Virus record (IMG/VR): IMGVR_UViG_3300005326_000061
Location: 1-47,896 of that record
Direction: 5' to 3' (one strand)
Source of the DNA: a virus
Taxonomy: Duplodnaviria > Caudoviricetes
DNA length: 47,896 nt
Shown here: piece after piece, positions 1 through 9,273 of the stretch
How positions within the stretch are numbered: position 1 is the first letter of the stretch
How the letters are laid out: each line of letters begins with the position of its first letter
Notes under the pieces: model-generated
Seen by the model: the letters and a program-made list of their open reading frames with translations, nothing else
Database searches by the model: none
What the model was told of the DNA's origin: nothing
Position numbers and translations under genes: made by a program

Positions 1-222
1 TTCTTCCGAGCGAAAAAAGGGAATTGCTTCCCTTTTTAGAACCCTATTAGTTTAAGTTACATTTTTTTATATAGTTTTTTTTGAGATTTTTTTAAGATTT
101 TAATCAATTTTCATCTGCAAATATTTGCATATATCATTGATATTTAGTATAAGTGATAATAAATTTTTATCTCCTAAACCCTGAGCATTAAAAGACTTCT
201 TTTAAAAAGAAGCAAATCTTAG

Positions 223-258
223 TGTCCTTTCAAAAAAAATCAAACAGCGTTTCATTTG
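223..258 (+). promoter_or_regulatory. Putative phage late promoter (TGTCCTTT-N20-TnnnTTTG)
   Basis: TGTCCTTT at 223-230, then ttcatttg at 251-258; same spacing recurs upstream of seven other late-region genes. Confidence 0.65.
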
Positions 259-275
259 CCTAAAATTGATTAGGC

Positions 276-518
276 ATGATCCATTCAAGTAAGCTTATTC
301 CATTAATGGAAAGAAAGGACCCTAAGGGCAAACCTGTTCCATTCAGCATCAAGTTTAGAAAGAAGAGCACCGGCGAACTTGTTACCGCTAAAAATGTAAC
401 CTGCACATCTACATTTTACCAGGAAGGAAGAGTGAATATCCTTTTTCCCAACAAGGAGATTAGAAGGATTCTGCTATGCCTGATTGTTGAATTTAACGGA
501 CAGGAGGTCTTTATATGA
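276..518 (+). CDS. Small phage protein upstream of portal
   Basis: 80 aa ORF, stop overlaps portal start (ATGA coupling). Confidence 0.75.
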   Translation: MIHSSKLIPLMERKDPKGKPVPFSIKFRKKSTGELVTAKNVTCTSTFYQEGRVNILFPNKEIRRILLCLIVEFNGQEVFI

Positions 519-1906
519 GCCAAGTATACGATTTTGAGTCAACCGCTTTTTTGGGTACGGCCAAGGCGGTTGTTACCATTGAAAAACCCAAATCTCTCTT
601 TGTTAAACCGGTAAGAGATCCACAGGAGTTTACCATTGAGAAAACAAAAAAGAAATACAGGGGCTTTGTGTTCTGGGGAACCAACAACAAGCTGCCCATG
701 GAGCTGCTGGATAAGATCTATGCCAACCCCATTGTTTCTGCTGCCATGGAGTTTAAAGCCTTGCTCACCTTTGGTGATGGCGTTCTGCCTATACGCAAGA
801 AGGTTGTAAACGGAAAACTTGTTGTTGAACCTGCGCTAGACGTTCCTGAAATCAATAAATTCTTTGATGATAATGATATTCAGGGTTACTTTCTGGAGCA
901 ATCAACCGACTTACAGTTTATCTATAATATCTTCCCGGAGATTATTCTCAACAAGGAGGATACTCCTAAGATTGTTCAGCTGAATCATAAGGAGGCCACA
1001 TTCTCACGCTGGGAGGAGATGAACCCTGATACAGGGCAAATTGAAAACCATTTCTACAGCGCAAAATGGGGGGAGCAAATAACCCCTGATGATATTGTGG
1101 CAACCCCTGTTCTATCCAAAGATAATCCGATAATGGATCTGAAGTACAGGCTGGGAATTGAGCAAGATCCTTTTGGAAAAGTAAAAAAATCAACCGAGAG
1201 AAGGTATATTATTCCGGTATCGTTCCCATCGCCGGGAAGATTTTACTATCGTAAACCCTACTGGGTATCGATTCTTGAGAGCGGATGGTATGATTTTGCG
1301 CAGAAGATTCCTGAGTTTAAGGCTGCCCTTTTGAACAACGGCATGGTGATAAAATACCACGTGGAGATCCACCCCTCATTCTGGGAGAAATTATATAAGA
1401 ACAAGAATTCAAAAACTGATAAGGAGAAGAAAGATGCCCGCACTGAATGGTACACAGGGCTAGATTCTTTCCTGAGCAAACCAGAGAATGCCGGCAAAAT
1501 ATTCTCCTCAGAATTCTACCTGAACGAGAAGATGGAGGCTATTCCCTCCATCAAGATCACCCCGTTAACCAACGATTTTAAGGGTGGCGAATACCTGGGA
1601 GACCTGGAGGAGGCTTCTAACATTCTCTCCTACGGTATGGGTGTTCACCCGAGCATGATCGGGAGCCAGCCCGGGAAAAACAAAACCATTAACGGAACGG
1701 AGGCCCGCGAGCTATGGATCATCAAGCAGGCCATGCTCAAGCCGTTCCGCGACAGGCTGCTATTCCCGCTATACGTAATTAAAGCCATCAACAAATGGCC
1801 GGAGGATATCTACTTTACGATACCCAACATTGAGCTCACCACGCTCGATAAGGGTACCGGTGCCAAAAAAACTATTTCACAACCTGCGCTAGAGGAAGGA
1901 GAATAA
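515..1906 (+). CDS. Phage portal protein
   Basis: 463 aa; follows terL on the circular map; portal-like motifs (FWGxNNxLP, YYxKPYW, MGVHPSMIG, GTEAREL). Confidence 0.8.
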   Translation: MSQVYDFESTAFLGTAKAVVTIEKPKSLFVKPVRDPQEFTIEKTKKKYRGFVFWGTNNKLPMELLDKIYANPIVSAAMEFKALLTFGDGVLPIRKKVVNGKLVVEPALDVPEINKFFDDNDIQGYFLEQSTDLQFIYNIFPEIILNKEDTPKIVQLNHKEATFSRWEEMNPDTGQIENHFYSAKWGEQITPDDIVATPVLSKDNPIMDLKYRLGIEQDPFGKVKKSTERRYIIPVSFPSPGRFYYRKPYWVSILESGWYDFAQKIPEFKAALLNNGMVIKYHVEIHPSFWEKLYKNKNSKTDKEKKDARTEWYTGLDSFLSKPENAGKIFSSEFYLNEKMEAIPSIKITPLTNDFKGGEYLGDLEEASNILSYGMGVHPSMIGSQPGKNKTINGTEARELWIIKQAMLKPFRDRLLFPLYVIKAINKWPEDIYFTIPNIELTTLDKGTGAKKTISQPALEEGE

Positions 1907-1909
1907 GCC

Positions 1910-2824
1910 ATGCTAATAACAACCCTACAAGCCAAGGAGTATTTAAAGATAAATGCCACGCTGGACGACAGCAACTTCACTCCGTTTATCCCTGATGCTG
2001 AAGAGAAGTATTTAAAGCCAGTACTGGGTGATGAGCTATTTGCCATCCTCGATACCTGGGCGGATGAAAAGAATCCAGAGGATGATGATTATGAGATTCT
2101 AAACGCCTTATACGAGAAGGTTATTCCTGTTATCGCAAGATTTACCCTGTTTATTGCCGCTCCACAGCTGGATGTGAATATAGGCGAATCTGGTTTTACT
2201 GTTCTTACCTCAAATAACTTGGTCCCTGCCAGCGCGCAGCGCGTTGATAAATCAATAGCATCCATGGAGCAGCTGGCGTGGAATAGGGTTGAGATACTCT
2301 TAAAATTTTTGGAGGAGAACAAGGATGATTACCCTGAGTGGGTTACCTCCGATGCCTACACCATGCAGCTCCGTAACCTGATCAACTCCGCTGCTGAGTT
2401 TGATAAGTACGTTGATATTGACAAGAGCCGGCTCACCTTCCAGAAGATGCGCCACGAGATGGACAACATCGAGCGGATTGATGTTATTCCGGTGATATCG
2501 CAGGAGATGTTTGATACCCTGATGACCAAAATCAAAGGGGATGAAGAAGTGTATGGAGAATTGGAGGAGATGACTGAGCAGGAGCAAAAACTGCTTACAC
2601 ACCTGCGCTACTTTGTGGCCAACAAGGCTGCTGGTAAAGTGCTTAAAATAGATACTTCGCTGGTGGCAACCTTCCATATCAAGGAGGCCAAGGCGCTGCT
2701 CAACCTTAACCCTGATGATTTCCCCGATTTTAGGGATAGCGGGCTGTACGATGAGGATGATCCGGATATTCCGCCATTCTCAGATTACGAGAATACCGAG
2801 GATTCATCAATATTTGTGGCATGA
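1910..2824 (+). CDS. Head-tail adaptor-like protein (DUF6712-like)
   Basis: 304 aa acidic protein directly after portal, with an internally repeated 'PVLGDELF / PVISQEMF' motif. Confidence 0.55.
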   Translation: MLITTLQAKEYLKINATLDDSNFTPFIPDAEEKYLKPVLGDELFAILDTWADEKNPEDDDYEILNALYEKVIPVIARFTLFIAAPQLDVNIGESGFTVLTSNNLVPASAQRVDKSIASMEQLAWNRVEILLKFLEENKDDYPEWVTSDAYTMQLRNLINSAAEFDKYVDIDKSRLTFQKMRHEMDNIERIDVIPVISQEMFDTLMTKIKGDEEVYGELEEMTEQEQKLLTHLRYFVANKAAGKVLKIDTSLVATFHIKEAKALLNLNPDDFPDFRDSGLYDEDDPDIPPFSDYENTEDSSIFVA

Positions 2825-3651
2825 GCATAATCCGATTCCAACAGGACAGCTACACCATTCCCGATACGTGGAATGAGCTAACCACCCCGCAGCTGGAGCT
2901 GATTGCTAAAATTGTGCTATCCACCGTTTACCCCCTTCAGCTGCTGGTTAAGCTGGCCTTATCATTTTTAGGAATGCGCCTTAGCAACCGCAAACCCGTT
3001 TACGTGAACGATGAGCAGTACCACTATATCCGGCATAGCTGGAGAAAGGTTTACCTGGTTAACTCGGTTCAGGTGCATGAGATAACCAAGTGCGTGGAGT
3101 TTATTTTAAAGGATGGACAGGTGGCATCGGAGCTAACCAAAAACCCCTACCCCGAGATCCATTTCAGGTTTTCTCGGTTGATTGGCCCTGCCGATAGCTT
3201 TGCCAATTTAACTTTTGGGGAGTTTATACAGGCGGAGATTGAGCGCAACCAGTTTATTAAAACCGATAAGCCGCAGCATTTCCACCGGCAGTTAGCCATT
3301 CTTTGGCGACCAACATTCTACCAGCACCCCGATAGCGACCCGCGTACCCCATTACGCATGGATGAGGTGGACCAGCGCGCCAGAAAGGTTGCCCGGCTAC
3401 AACCCTACCAAAAAAGGGTAATCCAGTGGTACATTGATGGCTGTTTGCAATCATTGTACAAGCAGTTCCCGGGGGTATTCTCAACAGGTGAGGGATCTGG
3501 CACGGGCACCGTTTTTGAATCGTTTATGAAGATGGTAAATCTTTTAGCAAGGAATAAGCTGGTGGACGTGGAGAAGATCCGCGAGGCCTATTTATACGAT
3601 GCCCTATTCACCCTGCAGGGGATAATTGAGGAAAACGAAAACAGAAAGTAA
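2821..3651 (+). CDS. Phage morphogenesis protein (possible tail assembly chaperone)
   Basis: 276 aa coupled ORF; 'IPDTWNELT' and 'LTFGEFI' repeats; position in the structural operon. Confidence 0.5.
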   Translation: MSIIRFQQDSYTIPDTWNELTTPQLELIAKIVLSTVYPLQLLVKLALSFLGMRLSNRKPVYVNDEQYHYIRHSWRKVYLVNSVQVHEITKCVEFILKDGQVASELTKNPYPEIHFRFSRLIGPADSFANLTFGEFIQAEIERNQFIKTDKPQHFHRQLAILWRPTFYQHPDSDPRTPLRMDEVDQRARKVARLQPYQKRVIQWYIDGCLQSLYKQFPGVFSTGEGSGTGTVFESFMKMVNLLARNKLVDVEKIREAYLYDALFTLQGIIEENENRK

Positions 3652-3653
3652 CC

Positions 3654-4163
3654 ATGGAAACAACTGACCCATACAACCACCATGAGTACATGGAGGATGC
3701 GGCCACCAAGCTGAAGGCGATTGCCCATAACAGCAATGCGCCCCGCTTCTTTAAATCTACCGGGCTGGCCAGCTTGGATGAGCTGCTCTCCCGCATTGGT
3801 AGCGTACGCCTGCCCGCGCTGATATCCGAGGATGGGAGCGACCAGGTGATTACCGATAACGGATCTGATAACCCGCTGGCCAAACCCTACTACACCTTTT
3901 ATATTATCTACCCTGCTAAAGCTGCCGATGACAGCACCATATTTACAGCACGCAGCAATGCGTTGGCAACCGCCAAGAAGGTGATAAGCCGAATGCGGAC
4001 ACACTCGCGCGATTTGCAGTACGGGCTAAAGGATTTGGATTTTAACACCATACGGATTATGGGCGTTGGCCCCATTGGGGATAATGGCCACGGGGTAATG
4101 GTAACCTTTACCCTTTGGGAGCCGGCTGATATCTACTACAACGCGACCGATTGGGATAACTAA
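3654..4163 (+). CDS. Putative tail terminator/completion protein
   Basis: 169 aa; size and position in the neck cluster. Confidence 0.45.
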   Translation: METTDPYNHHEYMEDAATKLKAIAHNSNAPRFFKSTGLASLDELLSRIGSVRLPALISEDGSDQVITDNGSDNPLAKPYYTFYIIYPAKAADDSTIFTARSNALATAKKVISRMRTHSRDLQYGLKDLDFNTIRIMGVGPIGDNGHGVMVTFTLWEPADIYYNATDWDN

Positions 4164-4166
4164 TAG

Positions 4167-4559
4167 ATGAGCGAGAATACCAACATAGGGCTAACCGCCC
4201 AGGCGTGGGCTGATATTGTGGTGGAGCGATGGGAGCAGAAGATTGTTACCATGGGCATTGGCTCCACGCAGGATCTGCTTAAATCTTTTACCAGCCAGGT
4301 GATAACCGACTCCGGTGGCAACCCCGAGCTGATCCGTTTTGCCTTTAACTACTACGGCCGTATGGTGGATATGGGCGTGGGTAAGGGGGTAAAAGCCTCT
4401 GATGCCGGCCTGAGCAACACCACCCGCAAACCCAAACCCTGGTATAATAAAACCTTTGCGGCCCAGGTGCACAAGCTGGCCGAGATACTGGCCGAGAAGT
4501 ATGCTAAAAAAGTCAACCTGATTATTGTGGAGACCATTACCGATAAAACTACCCTCTGA
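4167..4559 (+). CDS. Putative neck/tail completion protein
   Basis: 130 aa; 'YGRMVDMGVGKG' and 'RKPKPWYNK' resemble HK97 gp10-like completion proteins. Confidence 0.5.
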   Translation: MSENTNIGLTAQAWADIVVERWEQKIVTMGIGSTQDLLKSFTSQVITDSGGNPELIRFAFNYYGRMVDMGVGKGVKASDAGLSNTTRKPKPWYNKTFAAQVHKLAEILAEKYAKKVNLIIVETITDKTTL

Positions 4560-4605
4560 TTTTTTTTTGTAAAATCTTTTTTCATAACTTTGAAATAAAA
4601 AGGGT

Positions 4606-5193
4606 ATGAAAAATATTATTTTAATCACTTTATTGGTTGTATCGGTTCAACTTAATGCACAAAGAGATACAATACATTTATCGTCAATATTTCCAGTAAT
4701 TAATGACAAAATAAATTATAGTGAAATAGTTATTTTGAATGATACTTTAAAGAAAGAACAGCTTTACAACAAGCTAAAGCAAATCATTGTTTCTACAATT
4801 AAATCTGATAAAAACATAATTCAAAACGAAGACATCAATATTGGAATAATTCAATCTACGGGTTATATTTTAAAAGGGCATAACCCTTATGTTGAAAATC
4901 CGCAAATATGGTATGTATTTAAAATAGAAGTTAAAGACGGTAAATTTAAGTATTCTTTGAGTGATCTAACTTATAAATTTGATGTGAAAATAGCCACTGA
5001 ATTTTATGGTAATACAATAACTAATAATAAAAATCTTAATCAGGCATTTGAAGAATGGATATCTCCAAGTAAAAAGAGGGGTAGCTTAGATAGAAAAGAA
5101 ATAGAAAACTTTTTGCGTAAAGTTGACTTAGATCTAAAAACAGTTATAACTTCAGTTGTAACTCAAATGCAACAGAAAGAAGAAGTTTGGTAA
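4606..5193 (+). CDS. Exported moron protein, DUF4468-like
   Basis: N-terminal signal peptide; 'IEVKDGKFKYSL' motif; markedly AT-rich; own TAACTTTG box at 4585-4592. Confidence 0.65.
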   Translation: MKNIILITLLVVSVQLNAQRDTIHLSSIFPVINDKINYSEIVILNDTLKKEQLYNKLKQIIVSTIKSDKNIIQNEDINIGIIQSTGYILKGHNPYVENPQIWYVFKIEVKDGKFKYSLSDLTYKFDVKIATEFYGNTITNNKNLNQAFEEWISPSKKRGSLDRKEIENFLRKVDLDLKTVITSVVTQMQQKEEVW

Positions 5194-5218
5194 TCAGTAT
5201 CTTATAAAATTTTAACCT

Positions 5219-5245
5219 AAACCCTTGACTTTTATCAAGGGGTTT
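5219..5245. terminator. Hairpin terminator after the moron
   Basis: aaacccttga-ctttta-tcaaggggttt. Confidence 0.5.
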
Positions 5246-5325
5246 CTTATTTTTGTCATGTCCAAATAACAAACAATGAAATCAAAAATCCCTGCCGGGA
5301 GTTTCATTTTAAGAAGAAAATATTA

Positions 5326-5403
5326 TGGGGAGCATTCGGGTGTAAGTCCCGTCTTCACCTCTACTTTCGTAGAAAGTTCTGTTGTTTGGACAGTGACTCC
5401 CCA
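5326..5403 (+). ncRNA. Structured leader / C4-like antisense RNA upstream of the antirepressor operon
   Basis: Closing stem tggggag-ca/tg-a-ctcccca plus internal hairpins; 5378-5392 is complementary to 5440-5454 and to 5259-5271; promoter box TATTTTTG at 5248-5255. Confidence 0.55.
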
Positions 5404-5438
5404 CCCATTATTAACCAGTTCCACAAACAAAAAAAGTT

Positions 5439-5726
5439 ATGTCCAAACAACAGATGAATGTGGGTGCAGCCGGCAAGGAGCCGGATAACCCAACCATGCT
5501 CGTTCCGAGCAAATTTTACGAGAAGCTAAAAACCTTTGTATGGAGCAACAACCCGGAGCACTGCAAGTTCGACCTGCAGAATATGCTGGTGCTATCGCTC
5601 CGCGCCAACGAAATGGATGGCAAAACCTACTCTGAGATGGCTCAGTTTGTATTTGAGCTGTAAGAGCTTATAGATACGCTGTACCAGAACATCCCTGATG
5701 AATTCCCCGAGAAGAAGGTGGCGTAA
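5439..5726 (+). pseudogene. Small ORF, possibly interrupted by a premature TAA (5661-5663)
   Basis: 74 aa ORF; the frame continues ELIDTLYQNIPDEFPEKKVA* to 5726. Confidence 0.4.
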
Positions 5727-5848
5727 GAACACCTTTAACTTGCTGATCAAAAACCGTTTAACTTGTTGATAACTAGATAGTTAAACTATTGTTTTTGATA
5801 AAATTGGTATTTAACTTTACAGTATAATTAATCTAAAAACAGGGAACA

Positions 5849-6391
5849 ATGGAAAAAATTTTTAAGTACAACGAAAAAAATGCTATTAGAACCGTGATTG
5901 GCGATGATGGCGAAATTTGGTTTGCTGGTATTGATGTTTGCAAACAATTAGATTATGCTGATCCAGACAAAGTAATAAAAAAACTGGATGAGGATGAACG
6001 AAAGCTGAACCGACTCACAGACGGTTCAGGTCAAAACCGAAAGACCTGGACGGTAAATGAGTTTGGTTTGTATTCATTAATTTTAACATCCACAAAACCA
6101 GATGCTAAGATGTTTAAAAGATGGGTAAACCACCAAGTTTTGCCAAGCATCAGAAAAACTGGAATCTACTCTTCCGATAGGGACAAAGCAAAAACTATTC
6201 GTTTACAGGAACTTAGAAAATTAATGGAAAATAAAAAAGCAAGCATTACTGAGGCGCAAAAAGTTGTAAATGAGATTAAAGCAGAATATAAGAAGCTGGA
6301 AGTAGAGTTTTGGGAAATATTCAACACCAGCTCCGATCAGCTAAAGCTATTTCCGCCTGATGAAATGGAAAAATTAAAGGTAGAGAACTAA
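5849..6391 (+). CDS. BRO-N domain antirepressor-like protein
   Basis: 'IWFAGIDVC', 'VNEFGLYSLILTS', 'AKMFKRWVNHQVLPSIRKTG' = Bro-N signature; C-terminal coiled coil. Confidence 0.9.
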   Translation: MEKIFKYNEKNAIRTVIGDDGEIWFAGIDVCKQLDYADPDKVIKKLDEDERKLNRLTDGSGQNRKTWTVNEFGLYSLILTSTKPDAKMFKRWVNHQVLPSIRKTGIYSSDRDKAKTIRLQELRKLMENKKASITEAQKVVNEIKAEYKKLEVEFWEIFNTSSDQLKLFPPDEMEKLKVEN

Positions 6392-6522
6392 TGGATAAAC
6401 TCCAGCAACGGGTTGAAGAATCGCTGGCGGTTCTCGACCCAACCAATACTGAGGCAACGCTTGCCGAAAAGGAGAAAGCGTTCCTGGTAATAAAAGAAGC
6501 CCTGAGTATTATATACGAATGA
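6391..6522 (+). CDS. Small hypothetical protein (43 aa)
   Basis: ATG overlaps BRO stop (TAATG); MDKLQQRVEE...SIIYE*. Confidence 0.55.
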   Translation: MDKLQQRVEESLAVLDPTNTEATLAEKEKAFLVIKEALSIIYE

Positions 6523-6524
6523 TA

Positions 6525-6552
6525 AAAACCCACCGGTTAACCGGTGGGTTTT
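6525..6552. repeat. Perfect palindrome, copy 1 (bidirectional terminator/REP-like)
   Basis: AAAACCCACCGGTTAACCGGTGGGTTTT. Confidence 0.9.
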
Positions 6553-6593
6553 ATACCCATTTTTTAACACTCTTTAACACTATTTTATTAAAA

Positions 6594-6639
6594 TAATTAT
6601 ATCATATATGATATAATTAAAAATTAATAGCTATATTTG
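6594..6639 (+). promoter_or_regulatory. Promoter with a 26-bp palindromic operator
   Basis: TAATTATATCATATATGATATAATTA (6594-6619) is a perfect palindrome; TATATTTG -7 box at 6632-6639. Confidence 0.65.
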
Positions 6640-6689
6640 TTGTGTCAAACAATTAGAACTGGCGGCAACAGAAATTCGGCATCAAAAAA

Positions 6690-7241
6690 ATGACAACACA
6701 AAATGTTACCCTCGAACAATTAGCTGAGAAATTAGGCTATACCGTATGGTCAAAAGACGACCTTAAAAGAATCTACTTAAACGACGAAGGATACAACACT
6801 AAGAAGATGAGCACCAAAACGTTTATCTTTGAAAAGGATGGTGAATTTATTGTTAGCTGTAGAATTGATTGCCCATCACAAGCAATACAGTGGATTGATT
6901 CACAGGAACAAGAGATTAAAGATTCTGTATATAAAAGAATCGAAAGAGCCATTGATTTTATAGTTAATCCTGAGAAAGAAATTGAAGAGCAAAAATTGGA
7001 AGCAAAAGAGCAAGCTAAATGGGCTGCTGAAAGAGAACTAAAAAAATCACAAGAAGTTGAAAAAGTTGTAGTAAAATCAGAACCAAGAGAATTTATTAAA
7101 TCGTTTGAGATTGGTGAAACTTTAACTCATAAAGCCTTCGGTCAAGTAACTGTAGTTAGTGAAGATGAGAACACCGTTACCGTTGATACCAATGGAGTTC
7201 ATAAAAAACTTCTTAAAAAATTTGCTCCATTATCACGATGA
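6690..7241 (+). CDS. Hypothetical protein, first gene of accessory cassette
   Basis: 183 aa; C-terminal 'GETLTHKAFGQVTVV...KKLLKKFAPL' resembles the Tudor/SH3-like tail of UvrD/PcrA. Confidence 0.7.
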   Translation: MTTQNVTLEQLAEKLGYTVWSKDDLKRIYLNDEGYNTKKMSTKTFIFEKDGEFIVSCRIDCPSQAIQWIDSQEQEIKDSVYKRIERAIDFIVNPEKEIEEQKLEAKEQAKWAAERELKKSQEVEKVVVKSEPREFIKSFEIGETLTHKAFGQVTVVSEDENTVTVDTNGVHKKLLKKFAPLSR

Positions 7242-7522
7242 TAACCAAAGTATTAATACGATTCGAAAAGCTGCGAGGGGAAACCCCCCTTGCAGTTTTA
7301 CTCCTAATCGAAGGAGCTGAATACTGGTTTCCGAAACGATTTTGTTGGAATTTTATACTTAACAAAAAACTTGGAGGTAATACAGTAATTCCAACCTGGT
7401 TATATAAGGAGAAGTTTGGAGAAGATCCGCCCGAAGAAGATGCTGCTGTTATTGTTGAAAAACATATTCCTGAACGCATAGAACCTAAACCCATTGAACC
7501 ACATGCAGACCTTACTCGTTAA
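7238..7522 (+). CDS. Hypothetical protein
   Basis: 94 aa, translationally coupled. Confidence 0.7.
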   Translation: MITKVLIRFEKLRGETPLAVLLLIEGAEYWFPKRFCWNFILNKKLGGNTVIPTWLYKEKFGEDPPEEDAAVIVEKHIPERIEPKPIEPHADLTR

Positions 7523-8720
7523 TCAATCGGATGCTAAAGCGCATTTACTACCCTATAAAGTAGGTGCGCTATTCATGGAGCCAGGAACAGGCAAAACACG
7601 AGTCGCTTGCGAGCTGGTTAAACCTGTCAAACCCGATTTTGTTGCTTGGGTTGGGCCGTTGAACACCATTCGCCCAAAGGATGGCTTATCCTCAATTATT
7701 GATGAGGTAAACAAGTGGGGAGGATTTGAGGCCGAAACGATATACACAGGCATCGAAAGCCTACAAAGTTCCGATAGGATATACTTACAACTTTATAATC
7801 GAATTCGAACAGCGTTGAACCCTTTTATCGTTGTTGATGAAAGTTTAAAGATTAAGAATTCGGAGGCAAAACGCACTAAACGAATGCTTGAACTTAGCAA
7901 TATGGCTCAGTATAAGTTAGTGCTAAACGGTACTCCGTTAAGCAAAAATCTACTGGATTTAAAGCCTCAAATGGATTTTCTTTCTCGGAATATACTCAAC
8001 ATGAGCGATGCCGAGTTTAAGGATACGTTTTGCGAGAACACCAAGGTTACCAAGTTCTTTGGAGGTAAACGAGGATATACCAAGGAATTCATTACCGGTT
8101 ACGAAAACATCGATTATCTATACTCGCTCATTCGCCATTACGTTTTTGAGTGCGATTTGACACTTTCTGTCAAGCAGTACTACAACAACATCAACTACCA
8201 TCTATCCGAGGAATGCTCGGAGGAATACTACGCATTAAAGGAGAAGTACTTGGATAACGAGATGCTGCAATGGAAGAATAACAACATCTTTTTGGAGATG
8301 ACCCAAAAGATGCAACATACCTACTGCTGCACTCCAAATAAGTTTGAGGTACTTGATAACCTTTTTAAAACCATTGATGAAAGCCGAACAATCATCTACT
8401 GCAAGTACATCAGTAGCCGTGAGGCGTGTGAGCGATACTTTAAGAAAGCAACCGTTCTGAGTTACCAAAAGGAATCGTTAGGGTTAAACCTTCAGCATCT
8501 TTGTAACACGGTTTACTTTGATAAGATTTGGGATTACGCGCTACGCACTCATTCAACTCGCCGAACGTTTCGCCAAGGTCAGGAATACGATTGTAGGTAC
8601 TGGGATTTAACAGGAAACGTAGGCTTGGAATCGTTAATCGATAAGAACATTATCAAGAAGGTTGATATGGTGGAGTATTTTAAGGGAAAAACGAAAGAAC
8701 AATTAAAGGAGGAATTATGA
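7494..8720 (+). CDS. SNF2-like SF2 helicase/ATPase
   Basis: Motif I FMEPGTGKT, Walker B VVDES, motif III LNGTP, motif V GLNLQ, motif VI RTFRQGQ. Confidence 0.85.
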   Translation: MNHMQTLLVNQSDAKAHLLPYKVGALFMEPGTGKTRVACELVKPVKPDFVAWVGPLNTIRPKDGLSSIIDEVNKWGGFEAETIYTGIESLQSSDRIYLQLYNRIRTALNPFIVVDESLKIKNSEAKRTKRMLELSNMAQYKLVLNGTPLSKNLLDLKPQMDFLSRNILNMSDAEFKDTFCENTKVTKFFGGKRGYTKEFITGYENIDYLYSLIRHYVFECDLTLSVKQYYNNINYHLSEECSEEYYALKEKYLDNEMLQWKNNNIFLEMTQKMQHTYCCTPNKFEVLDNLFKTIDESRTIIYCKYISSREACERYFKKATVLSYQKESLGLNLQHLCNTVYFDKIWDYALRTHSTRRTFRQGQEYDCRYWDLTGNVGLESLIDKNIIKKVDMVEYFKGKTKEQLKEEL

Positions 8721-9268
8721 ACAACGAATTTAAAAGCCCTGTATACAATGTTATAGCAGTACCAATAGATAAAATAGAAGCTAATGATTATAATCCAAAT
8801 CATGTAGCAAGGCGTGAAATGCAACTATTATATCAAAGCATTAAGTGTGATGGATATACAATGCCAGTTGTTTGTTTTTATGATAAAGAGAGAGATAAGT
8901 ATATTCTTGTGGATGGTTATCATAGATGGTTAGTGATGTTTACTCATAAAGATATATATGACCGAGAAAAAGGTATGCTTCCAGTTTCTGTTATTCATAA
9001 AGATTTAAATGATAGAATGGCATCAACCATTCGGCATAACAGGGCTAGAGGAAAGCACGAAGTGGAACTACAGGCTTCATTGGTTGGTATGCTTAAAGCA
9101 GGATGGGATGAACTAAAAATAATGAAGGAACTTGGAATGACACTCGAAGAGGTGCAGCGATTGATAGGATTAAAAGGAATTGCATCCGAAATTAAAGGAG
9201 TTCCTTACTCAATCGAAAGACAAATCGTAGAGGCTGGTGAAGATATTATTCATGATGATTTTAACTAG
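8717..9268 (+). CDS. ParB/Srx-domain protein (IbrB-like)
   Basis: 'ANDYNPN', 'SIKCDGYTMPVV', 'LVDGYHR', 'MASTIRHNRARGKH' match IbrB-type ParB N-domain. Confidence 0.85.
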   Translation: MNNEFKSPVYNVIAVPIDKIEANDYNPNHVARREMQLLYQSIKCDGYTMPVVCFYDKERDKYILVDGYHRWLVMFTHKDIYDREKGMLPVSVIHKDLNDRMASTIRHNRARGKHEVELQASLVGMLKAGWDELKIMKELGMTLEEVQRLIGLKGIASEIKGVPYSIERQIVEAGEDIIHDDFN

Positions 9269-9273
9269 TAGCA

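Noticed and set aside
5276-5488. 70-aa ORF across the antisense RNA leader
   Set aside because: Overlaps the structured RNA and the next gene, with no recognisable motif; a leader-peptide role cannot be excluded
8717-9268. ParABS plasmid partition system
   Set aside because: No ParA; the ParB domain is IbrB-type and paired with a PAPS-reductase-like gene
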